This document shows, piece after piece, positions 26,197 to 40,527 of a DNA stretch of 64,000 bases (position 1 is the stretch's first letter; the number at the start of each line of letters is the position of its first letter). This DNA is from the human T2T-CHM13v2.0 reference genome, Homo sapiens. Location of the stretch: NCBI RefSeq assembly GCF_009914755.1, contig NC_060948.1; one strand, written 5' to 3'. The notes beneath the pieces were generated by a model. The model had not been told where the DNA came from and searched no databases. It saw only the letters and a list, made by a program, of their open reading frames with translations. Made by a program: the position numbers and the translations under genes.

Positions 26197-29100
26197 GGCC
26201 TGGAATAAAGTGGAATGCTACGGTCTCGAATGGAATAAAAATGTATGGAATGGAATGCAATGAAACGGAATCGAATGTCATAGAATGTAATGGAATGCAA
26301 AAAAATGGAATCCAAAATCATTGACTGGAAAGGCTGGGTGTCGAAAGGAATTGACTCCAATGGAATGGAATCGAATGGAATGGAAGTGAATAGAATCGAA
26401 CTAAATCGAATGGAATGGAATTGATAGGAACGGAATGGAAAGGAATGCAATGATTTGGCATGGAATGGAATCGAATGGCATCGAATGGAATGGAATGGAA
26501 TGCAATGGAATGGAATGTATTAGAATGTAATGAACTTTAATGGAATGTACTCGAATGGATTCGACTGGAATGGAATGTTCTGGAAGTGAATGGACTCCAA
26601 TGGAATGGATTCAAAAGGAATGGAATCGTACGGAATGGAATCTAATGGAATGGAATTAAATGGAAATGAATCAAATTGAATAGCACGGAATTGAATTGAA
26701 TGGAATGGAATGCAATGGAATCTAATGAAACGGAAAGGAAAGGAATGGAATGGAATGGAATGGGCTGGAATGGAAAGGAATCGAAACGAATGGAATGGAA
26801 TCGAACTGAAGAGACTGGAATGGAATGCACTGGAATGGAAGGGAGTGTAATGGAAGGTTCTCGAAAAAAATGGAATCGAATGGAATGGAATTGAATGGAA
26901 CGGAATAGAGTCGAATGGAATTGAATGGAATGGAATGGACTAGAGTGAAATGGAATCGAACCACAAGGAATGGACAGGAATAGAATGGTCTCGAATTGAA
27001 TGGAATCGTATGGAATGGCATCAAACGGAATGGAATGGACAGCCACGGAATGGAATGCACTCGAATGCAATGGAGTCGAAACTAATGGACTGGAATAGAA
27101 TGGACTCGACTGGTACGGACTCCAATGGAATGGAATCGAATGGAAGGGAATCGAACGGAAGGGAATCGAACGGAATGGACTCGAAGGGAAAAGACTGCAA
27201 TGGAAAGGTCTCGAATGGAATGGAAATTAATGGAATGGAATGGAATCGAATGAAATGGAGTCAAAAGGAATGGAATCGAATGGCAAGAAATCGAATGTAA
27301 TGGAATCGCCAGGAATTGATGTGAACGGAACGGAATGGAATGGAATCCAAAGGAATGGAATAGAATGGAATGGAATCGAATGGAAAGGACTCGAATGGAA
27401 ATCACTCGAATAGAATGCAATTTAATAAAATAGGATCAAATGTAATGGAATGGAATGGAAAGGAATCGAAACGAAAGGAATGGAGACAGATGGAATGGAA
27501 TGGAACAGAGAGCAATGGTATAGAATGGAATGGAATCATCTGGAATGGAATTGAATGGAATGGAATAATATGAAATGGAATGGAATGGAATGGAATGGAA
27601 TGCCCTTGAATTAAATGGACTGGAATGGAATGGACTCAAACAGAGTGGAATGGAAAGTGTGGAGATAGAATGGAATGAACTCCTTTGGAATGGTGTAGTA
27701 TGCAATGCAATCGACTGGCAGGGAATCAAAAGGAATGTAATCGAATGGATTGGACTGGAATGCAATGGACTCGAATAGATTGGAAACGGAATGCAAAGGA
27801 ATGGAATGGAATAGTATGGAATGCAATGGAAGGGAATGGAGTGGAATAGACTAGAGTGGAATGGAATGGACTGGAAAGCAATGGACTGGAATGGAACATT
27901 CTTGGATGGACTGGAATCAAACGGAATGGAATGCAGTGCAATCAAATGGCATGGAATAAAATAGAATGAAAGAGAATCAAATGGAATTGAATCGAATGGA
28001 ATCGAATGGATTGGAAAGGAATAGAATGGAATGGAATGGAATTGACTCAAATGGAATGGACTAGAATGGAATGGATTCGAATGGAAGGCAAAGGAATGGA
28101 ATCTATTGGAATGGACTGTAATGGAATGGAATGGAAGGGATTGGAATGGACTCGAATGGAATGGACTGCAATAGAAAGGATTCGAATGGAATGAAAAAGA
28201 ATTGAATGGAATAGAACAGAATGGAATCAAATCGAATTAAATGGAATGGAATAGAAAGGAATGGAATGAAATGGAATGGAAAGGATTCGAATGGAATGCA
28301 ATCGAATGGAATGGAATCGAACGGAATGGAATAAAATGGAAGAAAACTGGCAAGAAATGGAATCGAAATGAATGGAGTGTTATGGAACGGACTCAAAAGG
28401 AATTGAATGTAATAGAATGGAGTGGAGTGGACTCGAATATAATGGACTGGAATGGAATGAAATCACATGGAATGGGAACGAATGGAATGGAATGGAAAGG
28501 AATGGAATCGAATGGAAAGGAATCGAATGGAAGGGAATGAAATTGAATCAACACGAATGGAAGGGAATAGAATAGACTGTAATGGAATGGACTCGAATAG
28601 AATGGACACGAATGCTCAAATTAAATGGACTCGAATGGAATGGAAACGAAAGGAATGTCATCGAATGGAATTGAATCGATTGGAATGAAATAGCATAGAA
28701 TGGAGTGGAATCAAATGGAATTGAATCGAAAGGAAAGGAAGCGAATGGACTGAAATGAAATGGAATGGAATTGAATGGAAAGTAATGCAATGGAATAGAA
28801 TGGAACGAAATTTCACGGAATGGAATCAAACTGAATGGAATCAAATCAATGGAATCAAATCAAATGGAATGGAAAGGAATTGAATGGAGTAGATGGGATT
28901 GGATGGGATTGGAATGAAATGTACTGGAAAGGACTCGAATTTCATGAAACGGAATGGAATGAATTGGAACGGAATGGACTCGAATGGAATGGAATGTCAT
29001 GGGATGGCATCAAATGGAATGACATCAAATGGAATGGAATCGAATGCAATGGAATGCTATGGAATGGAATGGAATGCATTGGAATGGAATGTCCTCTAAT

Positions 29101-29780
29101 GGAATGGATTCGAGTGGAATGGAATTGAATATAATGGAGTCGAATGAAATGGAATTGAAAGGAATGGGATCGAATACAATGGAATACACTGGAATGTAAC
29201 GTAATGAACTCGAATGTAATTGACTGGAATGGAATGTACATGAATGGAATGTAATCGAATGGAAAGTAATCCAATGGAATAGAATCTAATGCAATAAAAT
29301 CGACTCAGATAGAGTAGAATGTAATGGAATGGAGTGCAGTGCAATGGAATGGAATGGAATGGAATGCAATGGAATGGAATGGAATGGAATGGAATGGAAT
29401 GGAATGGAATGGAATGGGATGGAATGGTATGGAATGGATAGTAATGGACTGGAGTGAAATGGACTGGAAAGGAATGGACTCAAATTGAAAGGGCTCGAAA
29501 GGAATGGAGTCAAATGGAATGGTCTGGAATGGAATGAACACGAATGTAATGCAACCCAATAGAATGGAATCGAATGGCATGGAATATAAAGAAATGGAAT
29601 CGAAGAGAATGGAAACAAATGGAATGGAATTGAATGGAATGGAATTGAATGGAATGGGAACGAATGGAGTGAAATTGTATGCAGTAGAAGAGAATAGAAT
29701 GGAATGCAAGCGAAAGGAAAGGAATGGATTGGAATGGAATGGAATTCATTGGAATGGAAGGGAATGTAGTGTAATGGACA
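26197..29780 (+). repeat. DYZ1 unit, 3584 bp
   Basis: GGCC to GGCC spacing. Confidence 0.9.
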
Positions 29781-32700
29781 GGCCTGGAATAAAGTGGAAT
29801 GCTACGGTCTCGAATGGAATAAAAATGTATTGAATGGAATGCAATGAAACGGAATCGAATGTCATAGAATGTAATGGAATGCAAAAAAATGGAATCCAAA
29901 ATCATTGACTGGAAAGGCTGGGTGTCGAAAGGAATTGACTCCAATGGAATGGAATCGAATGGAATGGAAGTGAATAGAATCGAACTAAATCGAATGGAAT
30001 GGAATTGATAGGAACGGAATGGAAAGGAATGCAATGATTTGGCATGGAATGGAATCGAATGGCATCGAATGGAATGGAATGGAATGCAATGGAATGGAAT
30101 GTATTAGAATGTAATGAACTTTAATGGAATGTACTCAAATGGATTCGACTGGAATGGAATGTTCTGGAAGTGAATGGACTCCAATGGAATGGATTCAAAA
30201 GGAATGGAATCGTACGGAATGGAATCTAATGGAATGGAATTAAATGGAAATGAATCAAATTGAATAGCACGGAATTGAATTGAATGGAATCGAATGCAAT
30301 GGAATCTAATGAAACGGAAAGGAAAGGAATGGAATGGAATGGAATGGGCTGGAATGGAAAGGAATCGAAACGAATGGAATGGAATCGAACTGAAGAGACT
30401 GGAATGGAATGCACTGGAATGGAAGGGAGTGTAATGGAAGGTTCTCGAAAAAAATGGAATCGAATGGAATGGAATTGAATGGAACGGAATAGAGTCGAAT
30501 GGAATTGAATGGAATGGAATGGACTAGAGTGAAATGGAATCGAACCACAAGGAATGGACAGGAATAGAATGGTCTCGAATTGAATGGAATCGTATGGAAT
30601 GGCATCAAACGGAATGGAATGGACAGCCACGGAATGGAATGCACTCGAATGCAATGGAGTCGAAACTAATGGACTGGAATAGAATGGACTCGACTGGTAC
30701 GGACTCCAATGGAATGGAATCGAATGGAAGGGAATCGAACGGAATGGAATCGAACGGAATGGACTCGAAGGGAAAAGACTGCAATGGAAAGGTCTCGAAT
30801 GGAATGGAAATTAATGGAATGGAATGGAATCGAATGAAATGGAGTCAAAAGGAATGGAATCGAATGGCAAGAAATCGAATGTAATGGAATCGCCAGGAAT
30901 TGATGTGAACGGAACGGAATGGAATGGAATCCAAAGGAATGGAATAGAATGGAATGGAATCGAATGGAAAGGACTCGAATGGAAATCACTCGAATAGAAT
31001 GCAATTTAATAAAATAGGATCAAATGTAATGGAATGGAATGGAAAGGAATCGAAACGAAAGGAATGGAGACAGATGGAATGGAATGGAACAGAGAGCAAT
31101 GGTATAGAATGGAATGGAATCATCTGGAATGGAATTGAATGGAATGGAATAATATGAAATGGAATGGAATGGAATGGAATGGAATGCCCTTGAATTAAAT
31201 GGACTGGAATGGAATGGACTCAAACAGAGTGGAATGGAAAGTGTGGAGATAGAATGGAATGAACTCCTTTGGAATGGTGTAGTATGCAATGCAATCGACT
31301 GGCAGGGAATCAAAAGGAATGTAATCGAATGGATTGGACTGGAATGCAATGGACTCGAATAGATTGGAAACGGAATGCAAAGGAATGGAATGGAATAGTA
31401 TGGAATGCAATGGAAGGGAATGGAGTGGAATAGACTAGAGTGGAATGGAATGGACTGGAAAGCAATGGACTGGAATGGAACTTTCTTGGATGGACTGGAA
31501 TCAAACGGAATGGAATGCAATGCAATCAAATGGCATGGAATAAAATAGAATGAAAGAGAATCAAATGGAATTGAATCGAATGGAATCGAATGGATTGGAA
31601 AGGAATAGAATGGAATGGAATGGAATTGACTCAAATGGAATGGACTAGAATGGAATGGATTCGAACGGAAAGCAAAGGAATGGAATCTATTGGAATGGAC
31701 TGTAATGGAATGGAATGGAAGGGATTGGAATGGACTCGAATGGAATGGACTGCAATAGAAAGGATTCGAATGGAATGAAAAAGAATTGAATGGAATAGAA
31801 CAGAATGGAATCAAATCGAATGAAATGGAATGGAATAGAAAGGAATGGAATGAAATGGAATGGAAAGGATTCGAATGGAATGCAATCGAATGGAATGGAA
31901 TCGAACGGAATGGAATAAAATGGAAGAAAACTGGCAAGAAATGGAATCGAAATGAATGGAGTGTTATGGAACGGACTCAAAAGGAATTGAATGTAATAGA
32001 ATGGAGTGGAGTGGACTCGAATATAATGGACTGGAATGGAATGAAATCACATGGAATGGGAACGAATGGAATGGAATGGAAAGGAATGGAATCGAATGGA
32101 AAGGAATCGAATGGAAGGGAATGAAATTGAATCAACAGGAATGGAAGGGAATAGAATAGACTGTAATGGAATGGACTCGAATAGAATGGACACGAATGCT
32201 CAAATTAAATGGACTCGAATGGAATGGAAACGAAAGGAATGTCATCGAATGGAATTGAATCGATTGGAATGAAATCGCATAGAATGGAGTGGAATCAAAT
32301 GGAATTGAATCGAAAGGAAAGGAAGCGAATGGACTGAAATGAAATGGAATGGAATTGAATGGAAAGTAATGCAATGGAATAGAATGGAACGAAATTTCAC
32401 GGAATGGAATCAAACTGAATGGAATCAAATCAATGGAATCAAATCAAATGGAATGGAAAGGAATTGAATGGAGTAGATGGGATTGGATGGGATTGGAATG
32501 AAATGTACTGGAAAGGACTCGAATTTCATGAAACGGAATGGAATGAATTGGAACGGAATGGACTCGAATGGAATGGAATGTCATGGGATGGCATCAAATG
32601 GAATGACATCAAATGGAATGGAATCGAATGCAATGGAATGCTATGGAATGGAATGGAATGCATTGGAATGGAATGTCCGCTAATGGAATGGATTCGAGTG

Positions 32701-33354
32701 GAATGGAATTGAATATAATGGAGTCGAATGAAATGGAATTGAAAGGAATGGGATCGAATACAATGGAATATACTGGAATGTAACGTAATGAACTCGAATG
32801 TAATTGACTGGAATGGAATGTACATGAATGGAATGTAATCGAATGGAAAGTAATCCAATGGAATAGAATCTAATGCAATAAAATCGACTCAGATAGAGTA
32901 GAATGTAATGGAATGGAGTGCAGTGCAATGGAATGGAATGGAATGCAATGGAATGGAATGGAATGGAATGGAATGGAATGGAATGGAATGGGATGGAATG
33001 GTATGGAATGGATAGTAATGGACTGGAGTGAAATGGACTGGAAAGGAATGGACTCAAATTGAAAGGGCTCGAAAGGAATGGAGTCAAATGGAATGGTCTG
33101 GAATGGAATGAACACGAATGTAATGCAACCCAATAGAATGGAATCGAATGGCATGGAATATAAAGAAATGGAATCGAAGAGAATGGAAACAAATGGAATG
33201 GAATTGAATGGAATGGAATTGAATGGAATGGGAACGAATGGAGTGAAATTGTATGCAGTAGAAGAGAATAGAATGGAATGCAAGCGAAAGGAAAGGAATG
33301 GATTGGAATGGAATGGAATTCATTGGAATGGAAGGGAATGTAGTGTAATGGACA
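29781..33354 (+). repeat. DYZ1 unit, 3574 bp
   Basis: GGCC to GGCC spacing. Confidence 0.9.
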
Positions 33355-36300
33355 GGCCTGGAATAAAGTGGAATGCTACGGTCTCGAATGGAATAAAAAT
33401 GTATGGAATGGAATGCAATGAAACGGAATCGAATGTCATAGAATGTAATGGAATGCAAAAAAATGGAATCCAAAATCATTGACTGGAAAGGCTGGGTGTC
33501 GAAAGGAATTGACTCCAATGGAATGGAATCGAATGGAATGGAAGTGAATAGAATCGAACTAAATCGAATGGAATGGAATTGATAGGAACGGAATGGAAAG
33601 GAATGCAATGATTTGGCATGGAATGGAATCGAATGGCATCGAATGGAATGGAATGGAATGCAATGGAATGGAATGTATTAGAATGTAATGAACTTTAATG
33701 GAATGTACTCGAATGGATTCGACTGGAATGGAATGTTCTGGAAGTGAATGGACTCCAATGGAATGGATTCAAAAGGAATGGAATCGTACGGAATGGAATC
33801 TAATGGAATGGAATTAAATGGAAATGAATCAAATTGAATAGCACGGAATTGAATTGAATGGAATGGAATGCAATGGAATCTAATGAAACGGAAAGGAAAG
33901 GAATGGAATGGAATGGAATGGGCTGGAATGGAAAGGAATCGAAACGAATGGAATGGAATCGAAGTGAAGAGACTGGAATGGAATGCACTGGAATGGAAGG
34001 GAGTGTAATGCAAGGTTCTCGAAAAAAATGGAATCGAATGGAATGGAATTGAATGGAACGTAATAGAGTCGAATGGAATTGAATGGAATGGAATGGACTA
34101 GAGTGAAATGGAATCGAACCACAAGGAATGGACAGGAATAGAATGGTCTCGAATTGAATGGAATCGTATGGAATGGCATCAAACGGAATGGAATGGACAG
34201 CCACGGAATGGAATGCACTCGAATGCAATGGAGTCGAAACTAATGGACTGGAATAGAATGGACTCGACTGGTACGGACTCCAATGGAATGGAATCGAATG
34301 GAAGGGAATCGAACGGAAGGGAATCGAACGGAATGGACTCGAAGGGAAAAGACTGCAATGGAAAGGTCTCGAATGGAATGGAAATTAATGGAATGGAATG
34401 GAATCGAATGAAATGGAGTCAAAAGGAATGGAATCGAATGGCAAGAAATCGAATGTAATGGAATCGCCAGGAATTGATGTGAACGGAACGGAATGGAATG
34501 GGATCCAAAGGAATGGAATAGAATGGAATGGAATCGAATGGAAAGGACTCGAATGGAAATCACTCGAATAGAATGCAATTTGATAAAATAGTATCAAATG
34601 TAATGGAATGGAATGGAAAGGAATCGAAACGAAAGGAATGGAGACAGATGGAATGGAATGGAACAGAGAGCAATGGTATAGAATGGAATGGAATCATCTG
34701 GAATGGAATTGAATGGAATGGAATAATATGAAATGGAATGGAATGGAATGGAATGGAATGCCCTTGAATTAAATGGACTGGAATGGAATGGACTCAAACA
34801 GAGTGGAATGGAAAGTGTGGAGATAGAATGGAATGAACTCCTTTGGAATGGTGTAGTATGCAATGCAATCGACTGGCAGGGAATCAAAAGGAATGTAATC
34901 GAATGGATTGGACTGGAATGCAATGGACTCGAAGAGATTGGAAACGGAATGCAAAGGAATGGAATGGAATAGTATGGAATGCAATGGAAGGGAATGGAGT
35001 GGAATAGACTAGAGTGGAATGGAATGGACTGGAATGCAATGGACTGGAATGGAACTTTCTTGGATGGATTGGAATCAAACGGAATGGAATGCAATGCAAT
35101 CAAATGGCATGGAATAAAATAGAATGAAAGAGAATCAAATGGAATTGAATCGAATGGAATCGAATGGATTGGAAAGGAATAGAATGGAATGGAATGGAAT
35201 TGACTCAAATGGAATGGACTAGAATGGAATGGATTCGAATGGAAGGCAAAGGAATGGAATCTATTGGAATGGACTGTAATGGAATGGAATGGAAGGGATT
35301 GGAATGGACTCGAATGGAATGGACTGCAATAGAAAGGATTCGAATGGAATGAAAAAGAATTGAATGGAATAGAACAGAATGGAATCAAATCGAATGAAAT
35401 GGAATGGAATAGAAAGGAATGGAATGAAATGGAATGGAAAGGATTCGAATGGAATGCAATCGAATGGAATGGAATCGAACGGAATGGAATAAAATGGAAG
35501 AAAACTGGCAAGAAATGGAATCGAAATGAATGGAGTGTTATGGAACGGACTCAAAAGGAATTGAATGTAATAGAATTGAGTGGAGTGGACTCGAATATAA
35601 TGGACTGGAATGGAATGAAATCACATGGAATGGGAACGAATGGAATGGAATGGAAAGGAATGGAATCCAATGGAAAGGAATCGAATGGAAGGGAATGAAA
35701 TTGAATCAACAGGAATGGAAGGGAATAGAATAGACGGTAATGGAATGGACTCGGATAGAATGGACACGAATGCTCAAATTAAATGGACTCGAATTGAATG
35801 GAAACGAAAGGAATGTCATCGAATGGAATTGAATCGATTGGAATGAAATCGCATAGAATGGAGTGGAATCAAATGGAATTGAATCGAAAGGAAAGGAAGC
35901 GAATGGACTGAAATGAAATGGAATGGAATTGAATGGAAAGTAATGCAATGGAATAGAATGGAACGAAATTTCACGGAATGGAATCAAACTGAATGGAATC
36001 AAATCAATGGAATCAAATCAAATGGAATGGAAAGGAATTGAATGGAGTAGATGGGATTGGATGGGATTGGAATGAAATGTACTGGAAAGGACTCGAATTT
36101 CATGAAACGGAATGGAATGAATTGGAACGGAATGGACTCGAATGGAATGGAATGTCATGGGATGGCATCAAATGGAATGACATCAAATGGAATGGAATCG
36201 AATGCAATGGAATGCTATGGAATGGAATGGAATGCATTGGAATGGAATGTCCGCTAATGGAATGGATTCGAGTGGAATGGAATTGAATATAATGGAGTCG

Positions 36301-36943
36301 AATGAAATGGAATTGAAAGGAATGGGATCGAATACAATGGAATATACTGGAATGTAACGTAATGAACTCGAATGTAATTGACTGGAATGGAATGTACATG
36401 AATGGAATGTAATCGAATGGAAAGTAATCCAATGGAATAGAATCTAATGCAATAAAATCGACTCAGATAGAGTAGAATGTAATGGAATGGAGTGCAGTGC
36501 AATGGAATGGAATGGAATGGAATGCAATGGAATGGAATGGAATGGAATGGAATGGAATGGAATGGAATGGAATGGAATGGGATGGAATGGTATGGAATGG
36601 ATAGTAATGGACTGGAGTGAAATGGACTGGAAAGGAATGGACTCAAATTGAAAGGGCTCGAAAGGAATGGAGTCAAATGGAATGGTCTGGAATGGAATGA
36701 ACACGAATGTAATGCAACCCAATAGAATGGAATCGAATGGCATGGAATATAAAGAAATGGAATCGAAGAGAATGGAAACAAATGGAATGGAATTGAATGG
36801 AATGGAATTGAATGGAATGGGAACGAATGGAGTGAAATTGTATGCAGTAGAAGAGAATAGAATGGAATGCAAGCGAAAGGAAAGGAATGGATTGGAATGG
36901 AATGGAATTCATTGGAATGGAAGGGAATGTAGTGTAATGGACA
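33355..36943 (+). repeat. DYZ1 unit, 3589 bp (longest; rich in private variants)
   Basis: GGCC to GGCC spacing; longest pure tract at ~36526-36580. Confidence 0.9.
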
Positions 36944-39900
36944 GGCCTGGAATAAAGTGGAATGCTACGGTCTCGAATGGAATAAAAATGTATGGAATGG
37001 AATGCAATGAAACGGAATCGAATGTCATAGAATGTAATGGAATGCAAAAAAATGGAATCCAAAATCATTGACTGGAAAGGCTGGGTGTCGAAAGGAATTG
37101 ACTCCAATGGAATGGAATCGAATGGAATGGAAGTGAATAGAATCGAACTAAATCGAATGGAATGGAATTGATAGGAACGGAATGGAAAGGAATGCAATGA
37201 TTTGGCATGGAATGGAATCGAATGGCATCGAATGGAATGGAATGGAATGCAATGGAATGGAATGTATTAGAATGTAATGAACTTTAATGGAATGTACTCG
37301 AATGGATTCGACTGGAATGGAATGTTCTGGAAGTGAATGGACTCCAATGGAATGGATTCAAAAGGAATGGAATCGTACGGAATGGAATCTAATGGAATGG
37401 AATTAAATGGAAATGAATCAAATTGAATAGCACGGAATTGAATTGAATGGAATGGAATGCAATGGAATCTAATGAAACGGAAAGGAAAGGAATGGAATGG
37501 AATGGAATGGGCTGGAATGGAAAGGAATCGAAACGAATGGAATGGAATCGAACTGAAGAGACTGGAATGGAATGCACTGGAATGGAAGGGAGTGTAATGG
37601 AAGGTTCTCGAAAAAAATGGAATCGAATGGAATGGAATTGAATGGAACGGAATAGAGTCGAATGGAATTGAATGGAATGGAATGGACTAGAGTGAAATGG
37701 AATCGAACCACAAGGAATGGACAGGAATAGAATGGTCTCGAATTGAATGGAATCGTATGGAATGGCATCAAACGGAATGGAATGGACAGCCACGGAATGG
37801 AATGCACTCGAATGCAATGGAGTCGAAACTAATGGACTGGAATAGAATGGACTCGACTGGTACGGACTCCAATGGAATGGAATCGAATGGAAGGGAATCG
37901 AACGGAAGGGAATCGAACGGAATGGACTCGAAGGGAAAAGACTGCAATGGAAAGGTCTCGAATGGAATGGAAATTAATGGAATGGAATGGAATCGAATGA
38001 AATGGAGTCAAAAGGAATGGAATCGAATGGCAAGAAATCGAATGTAATGGAATCGCCAGGAATTGATGTGTACGGAACGGAATGGAATGGAATCCAAAGG
38101 AATGGAATAGAATGGAATGGAATCGAATGGAAAGGACTCGAATGGAAATCACTCGAATAGAATGCAATTTAATAAAATAGGATCAAATGTAATGGAATGG
38201 AATGGAAAGGAATCGAAACGAAAGGAATGGAGACAGATGGAATGGAATGGAACAGAGAGCAATGGTATAGAATGGAATGGAATCATCTGGAATGGAATTG
38301 AATGGAATGGAATAATATGAAATGGAATGGAATGGAATGGAGTGGAATGCCCTTGAATTAAATGGACTGGAATGGAATGGACTCAAACAGAGTGGAATGG
38401 AAAGTGTGGAGATAGAATGGAATGAACTCCTTTGGAATGGTGTAGTATGCAATGCAATCGACTGGCAGGGAATCAAAAGGAATGTAATCGAATGGATTGG
38501 ACTGGAATGCAATGGACTCGAATAGATTGGAAACGGAATGCAAAGGAATGGAATGGAATAGTATGGAATGCAATGGAAGGGAATGGAGTGGAATAGACTA
38601 GAGTGGAATGGAATGGACTGGAAAGCAATGGACTGGAATGGAACTTTCTTGGATGGACTGGAATCAAACGGAATGGAATGCAATGCAATCAAATGGCATG
38701 GAATAAAATAGAATGAAAGAGAATCAAATGGAATTGAATCGAATGGAATCGAATGGATTGGAAAGGAATAGAATGGAATGGAATGGAATTGACTCAAATG
38801 GAATGGACTAGAATGGAATGGATTCGAATGGAAGGCAAAGGAATGGAATCTATTGGAATGGACTGTAATGGAATGGAATGGAAGGGATTGGAATGGACTC
38901 GAATGGAATGGACTGCAATAGAAAGGATTCGAATGGAATGAAAAAGAATTGAATGGAATAGAACAGAATGGAATCAAATCGAATGGAATGGAATGGAATA
39001 GAAAGGAATGGAATGAAATGGAATGGAAAGGATTCGAATGTAATGCAATCGAATGGAATGGAATCGAACGGAATGGAATAAAATGGAAGAAAACTGGCAA
39101 GAAATGGAATCGAAATGAATGGAGTGTTATGGAACGGACTCAAAAGGAATTGAATGTAATAGAATGGAGTGGAGTGGACTCGAATATAATGGACTGGAAT
39201 GGAATGAAATCACATGGAATGGGAACGAATGGAATGGAATGGAAAGGAATGGAATCGAATGGAAAGGAATCGAATGGAAGGGAATGAAATTGAATCAACA
39301 GGAATGGAAGGGAATAGAATAGACTGTAATGGAATGGACTCGAATAGAATGGACACGAATGCTCAAATTAAATGGACTCGAATGGAATGGAAACGAAAGG
39401 AATGTCATCGAATGGAATTGAATCGATTGGAATGAAATCGCATAGAATGGAGTGGAATCAAATGGAATTGAATCGAAAGGAAAGGAAGCGAATGGACTGA
39501 AATGAAATGGAATGGAATTGAATGGAAAGTAATGCAATGGAATAGAATGGAACGAAATTTCACGGAATGGAATCAAACTGAATGGAATCAAATCAATGGA
39601 ATCAAATCAAATGGAATGGAAAGGAATTGAATGGAGTAGATGGGATTGGATGGGATTGGAATGAAATGTACTGGAAAGGACTCGAATTTCATGAAACGGA
39701 ATGGAATGAATTGGAACGGAATGGACTCGAATGGAATGGAATGTCATGGGATGGCATCAAATGGAATGGCATCAAATGGAATGGAATCGAATGCAATGGA
39801 ATGCTATGGAATGGAATGGAATGCATTGGAATGGAATGTCCTCTAATGGAATGGATTCGAGTGGAATGGAATTGAATATAATGGAGTCGAATGAAATGGA

Positions 39901-40527
39901 ATTGAAAGGAATGGGATCGAATACAATGGAATATACTGGAATGTAACGTAATGAACTCGAATGTAATTGACTGGAATGGAATGTACATGAATGGAATGTA
40001 ATCGAATGGAAAGTAATCCAATGGAATAGAATCTAATGCAATAAAATCGACTCAGATAGAGTAGAATGTAATGGAATGGAGTGCAGTGCAATGGAATGGA
40101 ATGGAATGGAATGCAATGGAATGGAATGGAATGGAATGGAATGGAATGGAATGGAATGGAATGGGATGGAATGGTATGGAATGGATAGTAAAGGACTGGA
40201 GTGAAATGGACTGGAAAGGAATGGACTCAAATTGAAAGGGCTCGAAAGGAATGGAGTCAAATGGAATGGTCTGGAATGGAATGAACACGAATGTAATGCA
40301 ACCCAATAGAATGGAATCGAATGGCATGGAATATAAAGAAATGGAATCGAAGAGAATGGAAACAAATGGAATGGAATTGAATGGAATGGAATTGAATGGA
40401 ATGGGAACGAATGGAGTGAAATTGTATGCAGTAGAAGAGAATAGAATGGAATGCAAGCGAAAGGAAAGGAATGGATTGGAATGGAATGGAATTCATTGGA
40501 ATGGAAGGGAATGTAGTGTAATGGACA
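36944..40527 (+). repeat. DYZ1 unit, 3584 bp
   Basis: GGCC to GGCC spacing. Confidence 0.9.
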
